64,000 nt of DNA from a virus, in IMG/VR virus record IMGVR_UViG_3300037089_000506, one strand, 5' to 3'. Below are positions 20,120 through 29,660 of this stretch, one piece after another. The notes beneath the pieces are model-generated. The model worked only from the letters and a program-made list of their open reading frames with translations. It was not told the DNA's origin and did not search any database. The stretch's first letter is position 1. Every line of letters starts with the position of its first letter. The translations under genes were made by a program, and so were the position numbers.

Positions 20120-20587
20120 ATGGAATCAGACACTTTTCTCCAATTTGTTCAAGAGCAAATTGCTTCTATGAAAGAAGCAACTCGCCTTGGAACTGATAAA
20201 GAAATTAGTTTTATTGAACTAGAGCACGCACTTAAAGGTTATTCTCAAGTGTATATATCTTTACTTTCTATGTATAATATAGCTCGTATAGACTTACAGA
20301 GAGAGAAAGAAAGGTATAATGCATGGTATTCAGCGAAATATGTTGCTGTTCGAGGCGAGGTAAACAAGCCAGAGCTTACAGCACAGAAGTGGGCATCTAC
20401 CAAAGAAATCGAACATATAGTTATTTCTCTAAATCCTGATGAATACCAAGCACAGCGTAATACATATTTAGAAAAAGAAAGTAAAGTGGATTTTCTATCT
20501 GGGCTGATTGATATGTGGAAATCTCACCAGTTTATACTATCTACTCTTAGCTCTAATATCAGAGCTGAAGCGGGGATGCAGCAATGA
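20120..20587 (+). CDS. Recombination mediator UvsY-like
   Basis: Helical 155 aa; VDFLSGLIDMWKSHQFILSTLSSNIRAEAG resembles the UvsY C-terminus; near recA. Confidence 0.55.
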   Translation: MESDTFLQFVQEQIASMKEATRLGTDKEISFIELEHALKGYSQVYISLLSMYNIARIDLQREKERYNAWYSAKYVAVRGEVNKPELTAQKWASTKEIEHIVISLNPDEYQAQRNTYLEKESKVDFLSGLIDMWKSHQFILSTLSSNIRAEAGMQQ

Positions 20588-20787
20588 CGTTAGGGGAATG
20601 GTATATTCATGATTCAGCAATCATAGGTGTAGGGAATATGGAGGGGAAAACCTCTCATATCGAGGATGGATATTATTTTCAGGTATTAACTCCTGGAGGA
20701 GTAATAAAAAGTCCTATTTATGATTCAAAAGAGGCTGCCGAGGAAGCCTATAGACAGGTATTAAGCGTAATAACAAACAGATATTAA
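20584..20787 (+). CDS. Hypothetical protein
   Basis: 67 aa, ATGA overlap with the upstream gene. Confidence 0.6.
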   Translation: MTLGEWYIHDSAIIGVGNMEGKTSHIEDGYYFQVLTPGGVIKSPIYDSKEAAEEAYRQVLSVITNRY

Positions 20788-20824
20788 AATATGCTAATTC
20801 CACTAATTGTATAGTGGGGTTAGC

Positions 20825-21022
20825 ATGGAAGCAGTTAAAAGCGAAGACTATTTATCAGATTCAAATGAAGATACTAATTTCAACTCTCCTGTAGGTGCCC
20901 CAATGCCCCCAGGAGGAGGCGCTATGAATAGTAGTGCTCCTCATGAACCTAATGTATTACAGGAGTCTATCTACTACAATAATCATGTAATTCCTCGTAA
21001 TGCTACATTCAAGGTAGAATAA
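20825..21022 (+). CDS. Small hypothetical protein heading the spike/fibre operon
   Basis: Preceded by ACTAATTG (20802-20809); TAATG-coupled to the next gene. Confidence 0.55.
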   Translation: MEAVKSEDYLSDSNEDTNFNSPVGAPMPPGGGAMNSSAPHEPNVLQESIYYNNHVIPRNATFKVE

Positions 21023-22095
21023 TGGATTATTTATTAAAACTCGGTGTTGTTGTAGATAGCAGGCATTTACTTGATAAAGCCCAACCTACCTATGGGCCTA
21101 ACTATTTTCAAGTTAAGGTTCTACCTGATATGAATGATATTAATGACAAGGATGTTAATGGTAACTACTTACTTCCTCGTTATCCAAATTTCTTTAAAAA
21201 TAATGATATCTGTTATCAGCCTGGGGACCCGGTATGGTTAGTTTGTGATGATGATTACCATGTTGGGTTTATTTTAGGGCCAGCACAACCACCCGCAGGA
21301 GAGGATATAACCTCATTTATAGCATTAATAAATAATGCAGAACTTAATGCTGATATGGAGCAAAGTGCCATAAATGAAATTTCTATTCAAAAGCTATCAG
21401 ATACTTATATTACATTCAGTAATGTTTCTACTGGAACCGCAGGACAAATATATAATACAAATATAGTCTACCTTTATGGCTCTGACGGTTCTATCTATTG
21501 TACCAACGGTAATTTTACTCTCACTGTATCCTCAGTAGGGGATGTATATATGGGAGGAAAATCCGTTACACAATACATTAATGGTGACCATTCTTTAGAT
21601 GCTAATGGCAGTACTGAAAATTTATCTTCAAAACGAATAGATGCTTCAGGTATGATTACCCTGAATTCGGGTGGAGGAATGTCCTTGGTTACGGGAGCTT
21701 CACCTTTATCTATACATACATCAGGGGATTTTGATTCTATTGTAGGAAAGACATATAATGAAACAGTGGTTGGTAGTTGTCATAGAACAGTTATGTTAGG
21801 CACAGACGCACAACAAGTATTAGCAGGGAGTTATACTATAGCAGTTCAAGCAGGAGTAATAACATTAGCCTGTAGTGGGCCTCTGACTATTGCATCTCCA
21901 ACTTCAATAGCCCTGGAAACCCTTGTATTAGATTTATCCAAATGCGATACCATTATTCTCCCTACAAACCCTTTACAGGGATTTGCTACAGGGGTTCCTC
22001 CCGGAACTTCTCCTATTGGTTTTATGGCATCTCTCACCCCTGGAGTGGGGGCAGGTACTGCTGTAGCAACATTGGAAGAATCTATGGCATTATAA
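21022..22095 (+). CDS. Baseplate central spike protein (gp5/gpV-like)
   Basis: N-terminal OB-fold-like segment (GVVVDS...QVKVLP...YQPGDPVWL...GFILG) followed by beta-helix-like repeats. Confidence 0.65.
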   Translation: MDYLLKLGVVVDSRHLLDKAQPTYGPNYFQVKVLPDMNDINDKDVNGNYLLPRYPNFFKNNDICYQPGDPVWLVCDDDYHVGFILGPAQPPAGEDITSFIALINNAELNADMEQSAINEISIQKLSDTYITFSNVSTGTAGQIYNTNIVYLYGSDGSIYCTNGNFTLTVSSVGDVYMGGKSVTQYINGDHSLDANGSTENLSSKRIDASGMITLNSGGGMSLVTGASPLSIHTSGDFDSIVGKTYNETVVGSCHRTVMLGTDAQQVLAGSYTIAVQAGVITLACSGPLTIASPTSIALETLVLDLSKCDTIILPTNPLQGFATGVPPGTSPIGFMASLTPGVGAGTAVATLEESMAL

Positions 22096-22103
22096 GGTAT
22101 ACT

Positions 22104-23147
22104 ATGGCATTAGATTTAACCGGATCATTATTAGGCACTATTATAGCCAATAATTTATCTAAAAATACTACATCCTCTTCGTCAGCACAACAATACTGGA
22201 CTCTCGTATGTAATAGTCTCCTTAACTATATACAAAGTTATTTTCCTTCTACCTACCCTTCAGATACATTATCGGTTACTAATAATATTTATTGTGGTGG
22301 TAGCTATTATGGTAATGGGAGTGGTTTGACTTCTGTAAATGCTACTACTGCAACTATTACTGCTGATGTTTCTGCTACTACGTATTATCCTTATTTTGGT
22401 GGTGCTACCGCAAATCAATCGTTGAAATCCTCTACTAATTTATCATATGTTCCCTCTACTGGAACTTTATCAGCAACAAACTTTGTTGGTGGTAGCTATT
22501 ATGGTAATGGGAGTGGTTTGACTTCTGTAAATGCTACTACTGCAACTATTACTGCTGATGTTTCTGGTACTACATATTATCCTTATTTTGGCGCTGCTAC
22601 AGCAAATCAGTCGTTGAAATCATCTGCGTATTTGACGTATACTCCATCAACATCATCCCTGTATGTAACAACTCAATACGGGTATCTTGGCATGGGCGGC
22701 GTATATGGTGGCCCTGGGGTTTCCCCGAATATAGCAATTGGTAATACTTTAACAGGTGTGACAAATGGTAATAAGTTTTTACGAGTAAACTACATAGGCG
22801 GATTGGAGGTTATCAACAGTGCGTACAGTGCTGTAATAGCCACACTTGATGATACAGGCAACATCTCAGCTACAGGTTCTTTTTATACTTATCAAGTGAC
22901 TGGAATTACTTCTGTTACTTGGGTAAACTGGTTTGCCCCTACAGCAGGGCAATCTGGATTTATAATTGCTGTGTCGTCTGCTGGTGTAAATAGATATGAT
23001 ATGTACTATTATGTAAACTGCACAGCAACGGTAACAGTAATACAAATAAATGGTGGTGATGGTACTGTTAGAGCATCAGGTAGCTATGTTCAATATGGTG
23101 GGATGGCCAGCAGCACTATGACTTATTCAGCGATAAGAATATCGTAA
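22104..23147 (+). CDS. Tail fibre / receptor-binding-like protein
   Basis: Ser/Thr/Gly/Tyr-rich; duplicated YYGNGSGLT fibre motif. Start reassigned to ATG 22104. Confidence 0.7.
   Translation: MALDLTGSLLGTIIANNLSKNTTSSSSAQQYWTLVCNSLLNYIQSYFPSTYPSDTLSVTNNIYCGGSYYGNGSGLTSVNATTATITADVSATTYYPYFGGATANQSLKSSTNLSYVPSTGTLSATNFVGGSYYGNGSGLTSVNATTATITADVSGTTYYPYFGAATANQSLKSSAYLTYTPSTSSLYVTTQYGYLGMGGVYGGPGVSPNIAIGNTLTGVTNGNKFLRVNYIGGLEVINSAYSAVIATLDDTGNISATGSFYTYQVTGITSVTWVNWFAPTAGQSGFIIAVSSAGVNRYDMYYYVNCTATVTVIQINGGDGTVRASGSYVQYGGMASSTMTYSAIRIS
22296..22625 (+). repeat. Near-identical 138-bp direct repeat, period 192 bp (64 aa)
   Basis: 22296-22433 and 22488-22625: GGTGGTAGCTATTATGGTAATGGGAGTGG...TTGAAATCmTCT. 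Confidence 0.92.
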
Positions 23148-23155
23148 GGAGAATT

Positions 23156-24262
23156 ATGGATTTTATACCCGTTCCTATTACAGAGTTACTAATAACCTCA
23201 AAATGCAATATGAATTGCTCTTATTGCTTTGAAAAAGACAAGCCACAAAAAACTATAAGTAAAGGAATGATTGACGAGTTTCTGTTAAATTTACCCTCTA
23301 CAGGATTAATGGTATTTGGTGGTGAGCCCTTACTTGCTTTAGACGAGTTTGACTACCTCTATACGTCTATTCAGAAACTTGATATAAATGAAGATATAAA
23401 AGTTGATTTACTAAATTCCTTTACTAAAGATGCTCAACTAATAACAAATGGAACCCTAATAATAAAGAATATAAATATCATCAAAAGACTAAACCTAAAG
23501 TTACAGATAAGTATAGATGGACCTGAGGAAATAAATGATTTATGTAGGGTGGACCATAAAGGAAAAGGTACATACAGTACAGTGATAAGAAACATAAAGT
23601 GCTGTATTGCTAATGATATTCCTTGGAGTTGCCATGGTGCTATAGGAAGAAATAATTTTTCTAATCTTTCAAAGTTATTTGATTTTTGGTGGGAAATCTG
23701 TAAATTAGAAGCAAAGGGTGATTTAGATAAAAGTATTGGAATGCTAGGGGAGAATACATTCCAAATAATATTTGAGGAGAATTATACTGATGATGATATA
23801 GACATATTTTTACGAGAACAAGAGGAAATATTTAATAAAATTTTTTTATTGCCAGAACTAAATCAGCAACAAAAGATTACTTTAGCTAATAATTGGTATA
23901 AAAGAAAAGGAGCGGTTTGTACCGCTGGACATTTTATGTATGCATATAATCTAGAGGGAGAATTGTTTCCTTGTCATAGACTAGCAATGATAGCAGATAA
24001 AAGCAACTATAATTTTTTTGAAAGAGGGCCTAAGTTCTTTAATGCCTTTCTTAATATGGGGAAAAATAAGAAGATGTATTCCAGTACGCAGAATATACTC
24101 GATTATAATAATAGTAATAATAAATACTATCAGCAAAATTGGTGTCCTTCTACTAATGTGCAGACATCAGGAACCCCCTATTACCAATCCTGTAAATATA
24201 ATGTACTTATAGCAGAGTATGGTAGGTTTGTAGATGCTTTATTTGAGTATGCCCATATTTAA
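23156..24262 (+). CDS. Radical SAM peptide-maturase-like enzyme with SPASM/twitch Cys
   Basis: CNMNCSYC (CxxxCxxC), FGGEPLL, LITNGTLI, ISIDGP; C-terminal CTAG...GELFPCHRL, WCPSTN, CKY. Confidence 0.9.
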   Translation: MDFIPVPITELLITSKCNMNCSYCFEKDKPQKTISKGMIDEFLLNLPSTGLMVFGGEPLLALDEFDYLYTSIQKLDINEDIKVDLLNSFTKDAQLITNGTLIIKNINIIKRLNLKLQISIDGPEEINDLCRVDHKGKGTYSTVIRNIKCCIANDIPWSCHGAIGRNNFSNLSKLFDFWWEICKLEAKGDLDKSIGMLGENTFQIIFEENYTDDDIDIFLREQEEIFNKIFLLPELNQQQKITLANNWYKRKGAVCTAGHFMYAYNLEGELFPCHRLAMIADKSNYNFFERGPKFFNAFLNMGKNKKMYSSTQNILDYNNSNNKYYQQNWCPSTNVQTSGTPYYQSCKYNVLIAEYGRFVDALFEYAHI

Positions 24263-24274
24263 TAGGAGAAAGTA

Positions 24275-24913
24275 ATGCCAACTATTGCAAATCCAGTAAC
24301 ACAGACTAATATAGTTACTGATTCAGATATTAGTGCTATTATTGTTGCTATAAACTCATTAATCACTTCGAGAAGCGCAGGTTCTGCGGTGGGAGCGCCT
24401 TCTCAGTATACTAAAATATATGGAAGCCTACCCCAAGGAATAATTACACAAGAGAATACATTAAATTCTACTCACACATGGCCTGGATTAATCAATCCTA
24501 ATGGGTATGGAACTTTAGTTCATTCTAATATAGGTACAAATCTTAGTTTAACTGCTGCTAGTGGTAATTTTAATTCTGGTGTAACTCTGCAAGCTTCTAC
24601 AATGAATGCTATTGTAAATGATATTAATAGTTTATATAATCAATGTGCATGTAATGTAGTAACCTCTAATTATTCTACGTGTAGTTCATACTCATGTACA
24701 GCACATGCTTGTGCGTGCAATGTAAAATGCGCAAATGGGTATTCCTGTACATGTTATACTTATGATATCGGGCATGGGGATCAGTGCGTGTGCCATGGGA
24801 CTAATTGTTGTAACTATAATGGGTGTACCCATGTTACTTGTACTTGTGACTATGTGTGTAGTGCTCAAAATACTTGCAGTTGTAATAATCAATGTGTATG
24901 TGAGTATAACTAA
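24275..24913 (+). CDS. Cys-rich putative radical SAM substrate / fibre-associated protein
   Basis: Last 89 aa hold 21 Cys including seven CxC motifs; N-terminus has two A/S-x-x-N/A-x-I-N-S-L-type helices. Confidence 0.8.
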   Translation: MPTIANPVTQTNIVTDSDISAIIVAINSLITSRSAGSAVGAPSQYTKIYGSLPQGIITQENTLNSTHTWPGLINPNGYGTLVHSNIGTNLSLTAASGNFNSGVTLQASTMNAIVNDINSLYNQCACNVVTSNYSTCSSYSCTAHACACNVKCANGYSCTCYTYDIGHGDQCVCHGTNCCNYNGCTHVTCTCDYVCSAQNTCSCNNQCVCEYN

Positions 24914-25719
24914 TGAAAATAGCTATAGTAACACGTACTCATAATAGGCCATTATTATTACCACGATGCTTACGGAGTATAGATAAACAGGCATATACTA
25001 AATATATCCATATTGTAATATCAAGTAGTAATAATTATGATCAAGATTACTCCTTATGCACGATGCCCTATAATCCTAGAAGAACTATATTAAAAAGTAA
25101 AGAAAATAATTTAGGAATGATGTTAAACCAAGCATTAGAAGTAGCCAAGGACCATAAGTGTGATCTATTTTCTATTCTTGACGATGATGATGAATATGTG
25201 TCTGATAGATTAGAAAAGATAGTAAGGGCATATACTACTGCAAATACCCATGGAATTTCTTGCTTACAGATGACTATAAAAGAGAAGATTATAGATACTT
25301 CTATTATTGAAACCTTTAGGTGGAGACAAAAATTAGATACTTTTAGTATAGTTCCTTATAATGATAAAAATTATAGAAATCCAGGACAATTTACTTATGA
25401 TAACTATGCTTTAGATGTATGTAAAGAGTACCCACCAGAGAGCATTAGCCCCGAACACTACTTTTTACGAAAATTTATGGAGAACAATGCTATTGCTATT
25501 TGCCCTGAATATTTGTTTAGATATCATATAAGAGAGAACGATAAGCCTGGAGAGGGAGAATTACCCAACCTAAATACTATCACCTATGATAATAATATAT
25601 CCCATATACACCGTGATATGGAAATAAGTCAATTGATATCCATAGCTCAATCTGAGAAAAATAATGGGCTTATTTCTTATTTTACTAACTTGTTAGAGGA
25701 AACAAAAAATGATATATAG
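24913..25719 (+). CDS. Glycosyltransferase family 2 (GT-A)
   Basis: IAIVTRTHNRPLLLPRCLRSIDKQ and FSILDDDD. Confidence 0.85.
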   Translation: MKIAIVTRTHNRPLLLPRCLRSIDKQAYTKYIHIVISSSNNYDQDYSLCTMPYNPRRTILKSKENNLGMMLNQALEVAKDHKCDLFSILDDDDEYVSDRLEKIVRAYTTANTHGISCLQMTIKEKIIDTSIIETFRWRQKLDTFSIVPYNDKNYRNPGQFTYDNYALDVCKEYPPESISPEHYFLRKFMENNAIAICPEYLFRYHIRENDKPGEGELPNLNTITYDNNISHIHRDMEISQLISIAQSEKNNGLISYFTNLLEETKNDI

Positions 25720-26611
25720 TAACAATAATTTTGCATATAATCGAAAATATTTTATTAAAGATTTATTCAATCCTCGGGAAATATTTTCTCATTTTAGCCA
25801 GATAACCTTTTCCAATTTCTTGTCTTTTTATAAGTTTTTAGAGAAAAGTCTGTTTACAATAAATCAAAAAGAGTATAAGATTCCTGTTAGCAACCGTAAT
25901 GAGTTACAGATGTTATTAAAAATTATTAGAGAAACGGATATTATTAAAAATAAAATAAATATACAGTTTTCCTCTAATTTATTAGAAGATATTGAAGAAC
26001 TTATAACGGATACTACTATATATTTATCTTCAGATAATAGTACATTACAAAATATAAAAGAAAAAGAAAATAATTATATTTATAATAATACTTTGTTTTG
26101 GACAGAATATATAATTACATCAGATAACTATGCTCAAGTATATAAGGATATGATAAAACTTTGTATTAAGCATCCTGTACTCAATTATATTGATCTAAAA
26201 ATAGATTATTCCTCTTTTGAGGATAAGCCTCTTTCTGAATTACACTCTTTATTCTTCTATCTTAGTTTACTTAAAAAATGGACAACAGAGCCACAGGCAG
26301 CTATGGGCAAGAATCAGAAAATGATAACACTCAAAAATTCTTTTGACCCCGTTAGATGCTATGTTAGCGAATCCCTAGATATACTTTTAGATAAGGACAC
26401 CCCCTATTTTTCTATGGGAAAATATCTAGATTTAAATGGAGAGGATGTTCCTTTGGAGGAACTTAATACAATAAGAAAACTAATAGATGTAAAGTTTGAA
26501 ACAGAATATAAAAATTGGTATTTAATTGATTTAGCCCAGAATCAAAAGGTTATGGAAGATATTTATGAAACTCCTTATCTTGCCAAGTTGGTTCAAAGTT
26601 GGCTATTGTAA
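25709..26611 (+). CDS. Hypothetical protein, possibly a degenerate radical-SAM-like barrel
   Basis: 300 aa, overlaps both neighbours; no CxxxCxxC; the barrel resemblance is weak. Confidence 0.45.
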   Translation: MIYSNNNFAYNRKYFIKDLFNPREIFSHFSQITFSNFLSFYKFLEKSLFTINQKEYKIPVSNRNELQMLLKIIRETDIIKNKINIQFSSNLLEDIEELITDTTIYLSSDNSTLQNIKEKENNYIYNNTLFWTEYIITSDNYAQVYKDMIKLCIKHPVLNYIDLKIDYSSFEDKPLSELHSLFFYLSLLKKWTTEPQAAMGKNQKMITLKNSFDPVRCYVSESLDILLDKDTPYFSMGKYLDLNGEDVPLEELNTIRKLIDVKFETEYKNWYLIDLAQNQKVMEDIYETPYLAKLVQSWLL

Positions 26612-27387
26612 TGGTTAATTTTGATATTGATATTACTTATGAGTGTAATTTATCTTGTAAGTATTGTAATAGATTATGCGGTACTAAATTTAATAAAAAT
26701 GATTTTATGTCTGTATCCCAGTTAGAAAAGTATATTGTTGCAGTTTTACCCCATATTTCTTCTGTATCAAGGATAAACATTCTTGGAGGGGAGCCTACAC
26801 TGCACCCTCAAATTTTTGAAGTTTTGGATTTATTAGTAAAAATACTAAGACCTAAACTATCTTTCCCTATGAATATTGTTTCAAATGGAGTAGGAGAAAG
26901 GGTAAATTCCATACTAGAAGAAATAAGAAAAAGATATAACACCTATGACAATTCACGATCTATAACAATGATTAATCCTTATAGTGTAGCAAAATCTAAT
27001 AAAGATTTTTGTATTGTTAGATCAAAATTTTATAATCAAAAAGTTGTAGAATCCAGGCATCACCCGAACTTACGGGGATTAATAGATTATAAAGATGATA
27101 TAAATATTGATTACTGTTGGGTACAAGATAATTGTGGATATAATATTTCCCCTTATGGGATTTATATATGTTCTATGGCTATAGCCATCTCTAGAATATT
27201 CAAATTAGGAGAAGGGCTGGATCATTTTCCTACTCCTGAAGAACTACTGAACCAAAAGAAAAAAATGTGTAAATATTGCCATATAAAATGTATACCCTTA
27301 CCCCCCTCCCCAGCTATATCCAAAAGTTTTGAAATAGCCATAGAAGAATGGGATAAAGACCCTTATTTTTTAAAGGTTTTAGAATAA
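26599..27387 (+). CDS. Second radical SAM protein
   Basis: CNLSCKYC, INILGGEPTLHP, IVSNG; C-terminal CWVQDNCG...ICS...CKYC. Confidence 0.88.
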   Translation: MAIVMVNFDIDITYECNLSCKYCNRLCGTKFNKNDFMSVSQLEKYIVAVLPHISSVSRINILGGEPTLHPQIFEVLDLLVKILRPKLSFPMNIVSNGVGERVNSILEEIRKRYNTYDNSRSITMINPYSVAKSNKDFCIVRSKFYNQKVVESRHHPNLRGLIDYKDDINIDYCWVQDNCGYNISPYGIYICSMAIAISRIFKLGEGLDHFPTPEELLNQKKKMCKYCHIKCIPLPPSPAISKSFEIAIEEWDKDPYFLKVLE

Positions 27388-27388
27388 T

Positions 27389-27396
27389 ACTAATTA
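27389..27396 (+). promoter_or_regulatory. Putative late-promoter motif ACTAATTA
   Basis: Upstream of AAGGAG and ATG 27410. Confidence 0.65.
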
Positions 27397-27409
27397 TAAA
27401 GGAGAATAT

Positions 27410-27673
27410 ATGGACTTAGAAACCTTAGCTGCTCAAGTAGCGGACTTACAAAGCAAGATAAACCAACTAATGGTAGTTATACCTCAAATTGAAACCCTAT
27501 ATAAGCAAACTACTGCTTATCAGACACACCAAAATCATATTAACAGTGTATGGCAAGAGAGGTCATTATTAACACAGCTAAGAATGGAAGGAATGTCTCA
27601 TTCGAAAGCATTGTCTTATATTAAAAGAATAAATACTGGTGAAAAACCTTGGGAAAATGAAGGGGAATCCTAA
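27410..27673 (+). CDS. Small coiled-coil hypothetical protein
   Basis: 87 aa, AAGGAG RBS. Confidence 0.7.
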   Translation: MDLETLAAQVADLQSKINQLMVVIPQIETLYKQTTAYQTHQNHINSVWQERSLLTQLRMEGMSHSKALSYIKRINTGEKPWENEGES

Positions 27674-27678
27674 TATTT

Positions 27679-28353
27679 ATGATTCCAAAAATCATACACT
27701 ATCTTTGGTTCGGCGACGTTGCTAAAAAACCCATAGATAGGATAAGTTCTTGGAAGAAGATTCTTTCAGATTTTGAGTTTAAAGAGTGGGGTGAATCAAA
27801 TTTAGATATAGACAAATATGAAGCATCTAGAAGGATGTATGATGCTAAACGATACGGTCCTGCATCAGATTCATTAAGAATAGATATATTAGCTGAAGAA
27901 GGTGGAATTTGGTTAGATACTGATATAATAATTCATAGAGATTTGTCTGATTTTTTACCTTATTCATTTTTTATTGGGCATAATGGATTTAATTTTAGTG
28001 TAGGGCTTATAGGGGCGGAACCCCACCATCCTTATATATTAAAGGTAAGGGAATGGTATGAAAATAATTGGAGCAGATGTATGTTTACTGTAGAGGAATT
28101 CAAGAAAAAATCTTTTGATACCTTTTTTCTTGCTAATTACTCCTCCATTTTAGAAAGAGTTTTCAAACAAAGATACAAATGTGTTCTTGATGGAAAGTCT
28201 AAAACATTAGATACTAAAGATGGTTTAATTAGAGTAGAAAATTCTACTGTATTTACTTTTAAAAAGGATAGCAATCCTAATTGCTATGCAGAACATCTTT
28301 ATGAAGGGACATGGCTTTCAAATAATAGGCTTTATCAAAAGACTCGGAAATAG
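27679..28353 (+). CDS. Glycosyltransferase, OCH1/GT32-like (DxD)
   Basis: MIPKIIHYLWFG, SDSLRIDILAEEGGIWLDTD. Confidence 0.9.
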   Translation: MIPKIIHYLWFGDVAKKPIDRISSWKKILSDFEFKEWGESNLDIDKYEASRRMYDAKRYGPASDSLRIDILAEEGGIWLDTDIIIHRDLSDFLPYSFFIGHNGFNFSVGLIGAEPHHPYILKVREWYENNWSRCMFTVEEFKKKSFDTFFLANYSSILERVFKQRYKCVLDGKSKTLDTKDGLIRVENSTVFTFKKDSNPNCYAEHLYEGTWLSNNRLYQKTRK

Positions 28354-28355
28354 AA

Positions 28356-29495
28356 ATGATTAAAATAGCGTATGTGCCACAACATTCTAATTACATCCCC
28401 ATTTTAAGAGGGGGGCAAAGATATGACTTTGGGTATTCTTACCCTTTACAACAGTTAAGCAATGAAGGGCATTTCGAATTAAAAGTTTTTCTTGAAAATA
28501 AAACTTTAGTAAATTTTTCCATGAAAGTAACATTTCCTCTTTTCATAGGGTATCAACAAGATATACCAAACTATACTCACTCAATCCTTGCTATTGATGA
28601 GGTAAGTAAAATGATATCCAAGGATAAAATAGAAAACCCCTTAAAACCTTTTTTAGAACTATACTCAAATAATGACTTATGTAAAAAATTAGATGAATAC
28701 AAGCCAGATATAGTAATATCCTCTTATGCCTTAGATAAAATGGAATATAATTGTAAGAAAATATGGATATGTCATGAGTATTGGCCTGAAACTTTGAGGG
28801 AGTACCTAGAGAATAAAATATCTACAGATATAATTAATACTACTATAGAGATGATAAACAAGGATATGGTAGAAATATTATCTTATTTCGATTACTCTAT
28901 TACTGCTTCTTTAAGGAGTTTTTCTTTTATAGAAAACACAATAAAATCAAAGCGTATTAATATTTATATACCAGAAGGAAATTCTAAGATAGAGTGGGGT
29001 AAAGAGAAATATATAGTACTAAGTGCTTCCGCTGGGTGGTTTAGGTCAAAGGAGCACTTAAGAGAAGTATACCCGCTTATTGAGATGTTAGATAATAGAG
29101 AGAGTAAAAATATTAAATTATACTTACACTGTGGACATGACTTGGGGCTCCCTAAGTGCGATGTAATAAGAAACACCTATAGTCTGTATGATACTTTCAG
29201 CCCTGAATCTGTAGGGTGTGGTATAGCACCAAAAGAGTATAAATCTGCTGACCCCTCCAAAGTGTATATGTACTTATCCTGTGGTATCCCCTCTTTTGTT
29301 CATGAAAACAATTTAGAAAATTTTAAGGATGAAATAGGAGTATCTGCTTATTCTGCTGAAAAAGCTATAGAGAGTATTGAAAACAATATAAGAGAAAAAG
29401 AAAGTAATGCCATTCTCAGTTCCTTTAGATCAAACCATAATTTAGAAACACTAAAGAACCAATGGTTATGTTTTATAAAAGAGATTTTAGGATAG
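28356..29495 (+). CDS. Putative GT-B fold glycosyltransferase
   Basis: YKPDIVIS, PSKVYMYLSCGIPSF and C-terminal HNLETLKNQW typical of GT4-like enzymes. Confidence 0.6.
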   Translation: MIKIAYVPQHSNYIPILRGGQRYDFGYSYPLQQLSNEGHFELKVFLENKTLVNFSMKVTFPLFIGYQQDIPNYTHSILAIDEVSKMISKDKIENPLKPFLELYSNNDLCKKLDEYKPDIVISSYALDKMEYNCKKIWICHEYWPETLREYLENKISTDIINTTIEMINKDMVEILSYFDYSITASLRSFSFIENTIKSKRINIYIPEGNSKIEWGKEKYIVLSASAGWFRSKEHLREVYPLIEMLDNRESKNIKLYLHCGHDLGLPKCDVIRNTYSLYDTFSPESVGCGIAPKEYKSADPSKVYMYLSCGIPSFVHENNLENFKDEIGVSAYSAEKAIESIENNIREKESNAILSSFRSNHNLETLKNQWLCFIKEILG

Positions 29496-29498
29496 AGT

Positions 29499-29660
29499 AT
29501 GGATGATTTTAAAATAGAAAAGTCTAATGATCAAATACTATCCCAAATAGATATATTTTTGTCGTCTATAAATCTTGTAGCACAAAAAGAAATAGAAGGG
29601 ATAGTAAAAGATGCGGAGAACCTAAAGAATGCCCTCAAACAGCACTATAAGCAACAATAA
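29499..29660 (+). CDS. Small hypothetical protein (53 aa, not in track)
   Basis: MDDFKIEKSNDQILSQIDIFLSSINLVAQKEIEGIVKDAENLKNALKQHYKQQ fills the gap in the operon. Confidence 0.45.
   Translation: MDDFKIEKSNDQILSQIDIFLSSINLVAQKEIEGIVKDAENLKNALKQHYKQQ

Noticed and set aside
21942-22103. N-terminal extension of the fibre ORF given in the track
   Set aside because: It overlaps the spike gene; ATG 22104 after AAGG is the natural start.
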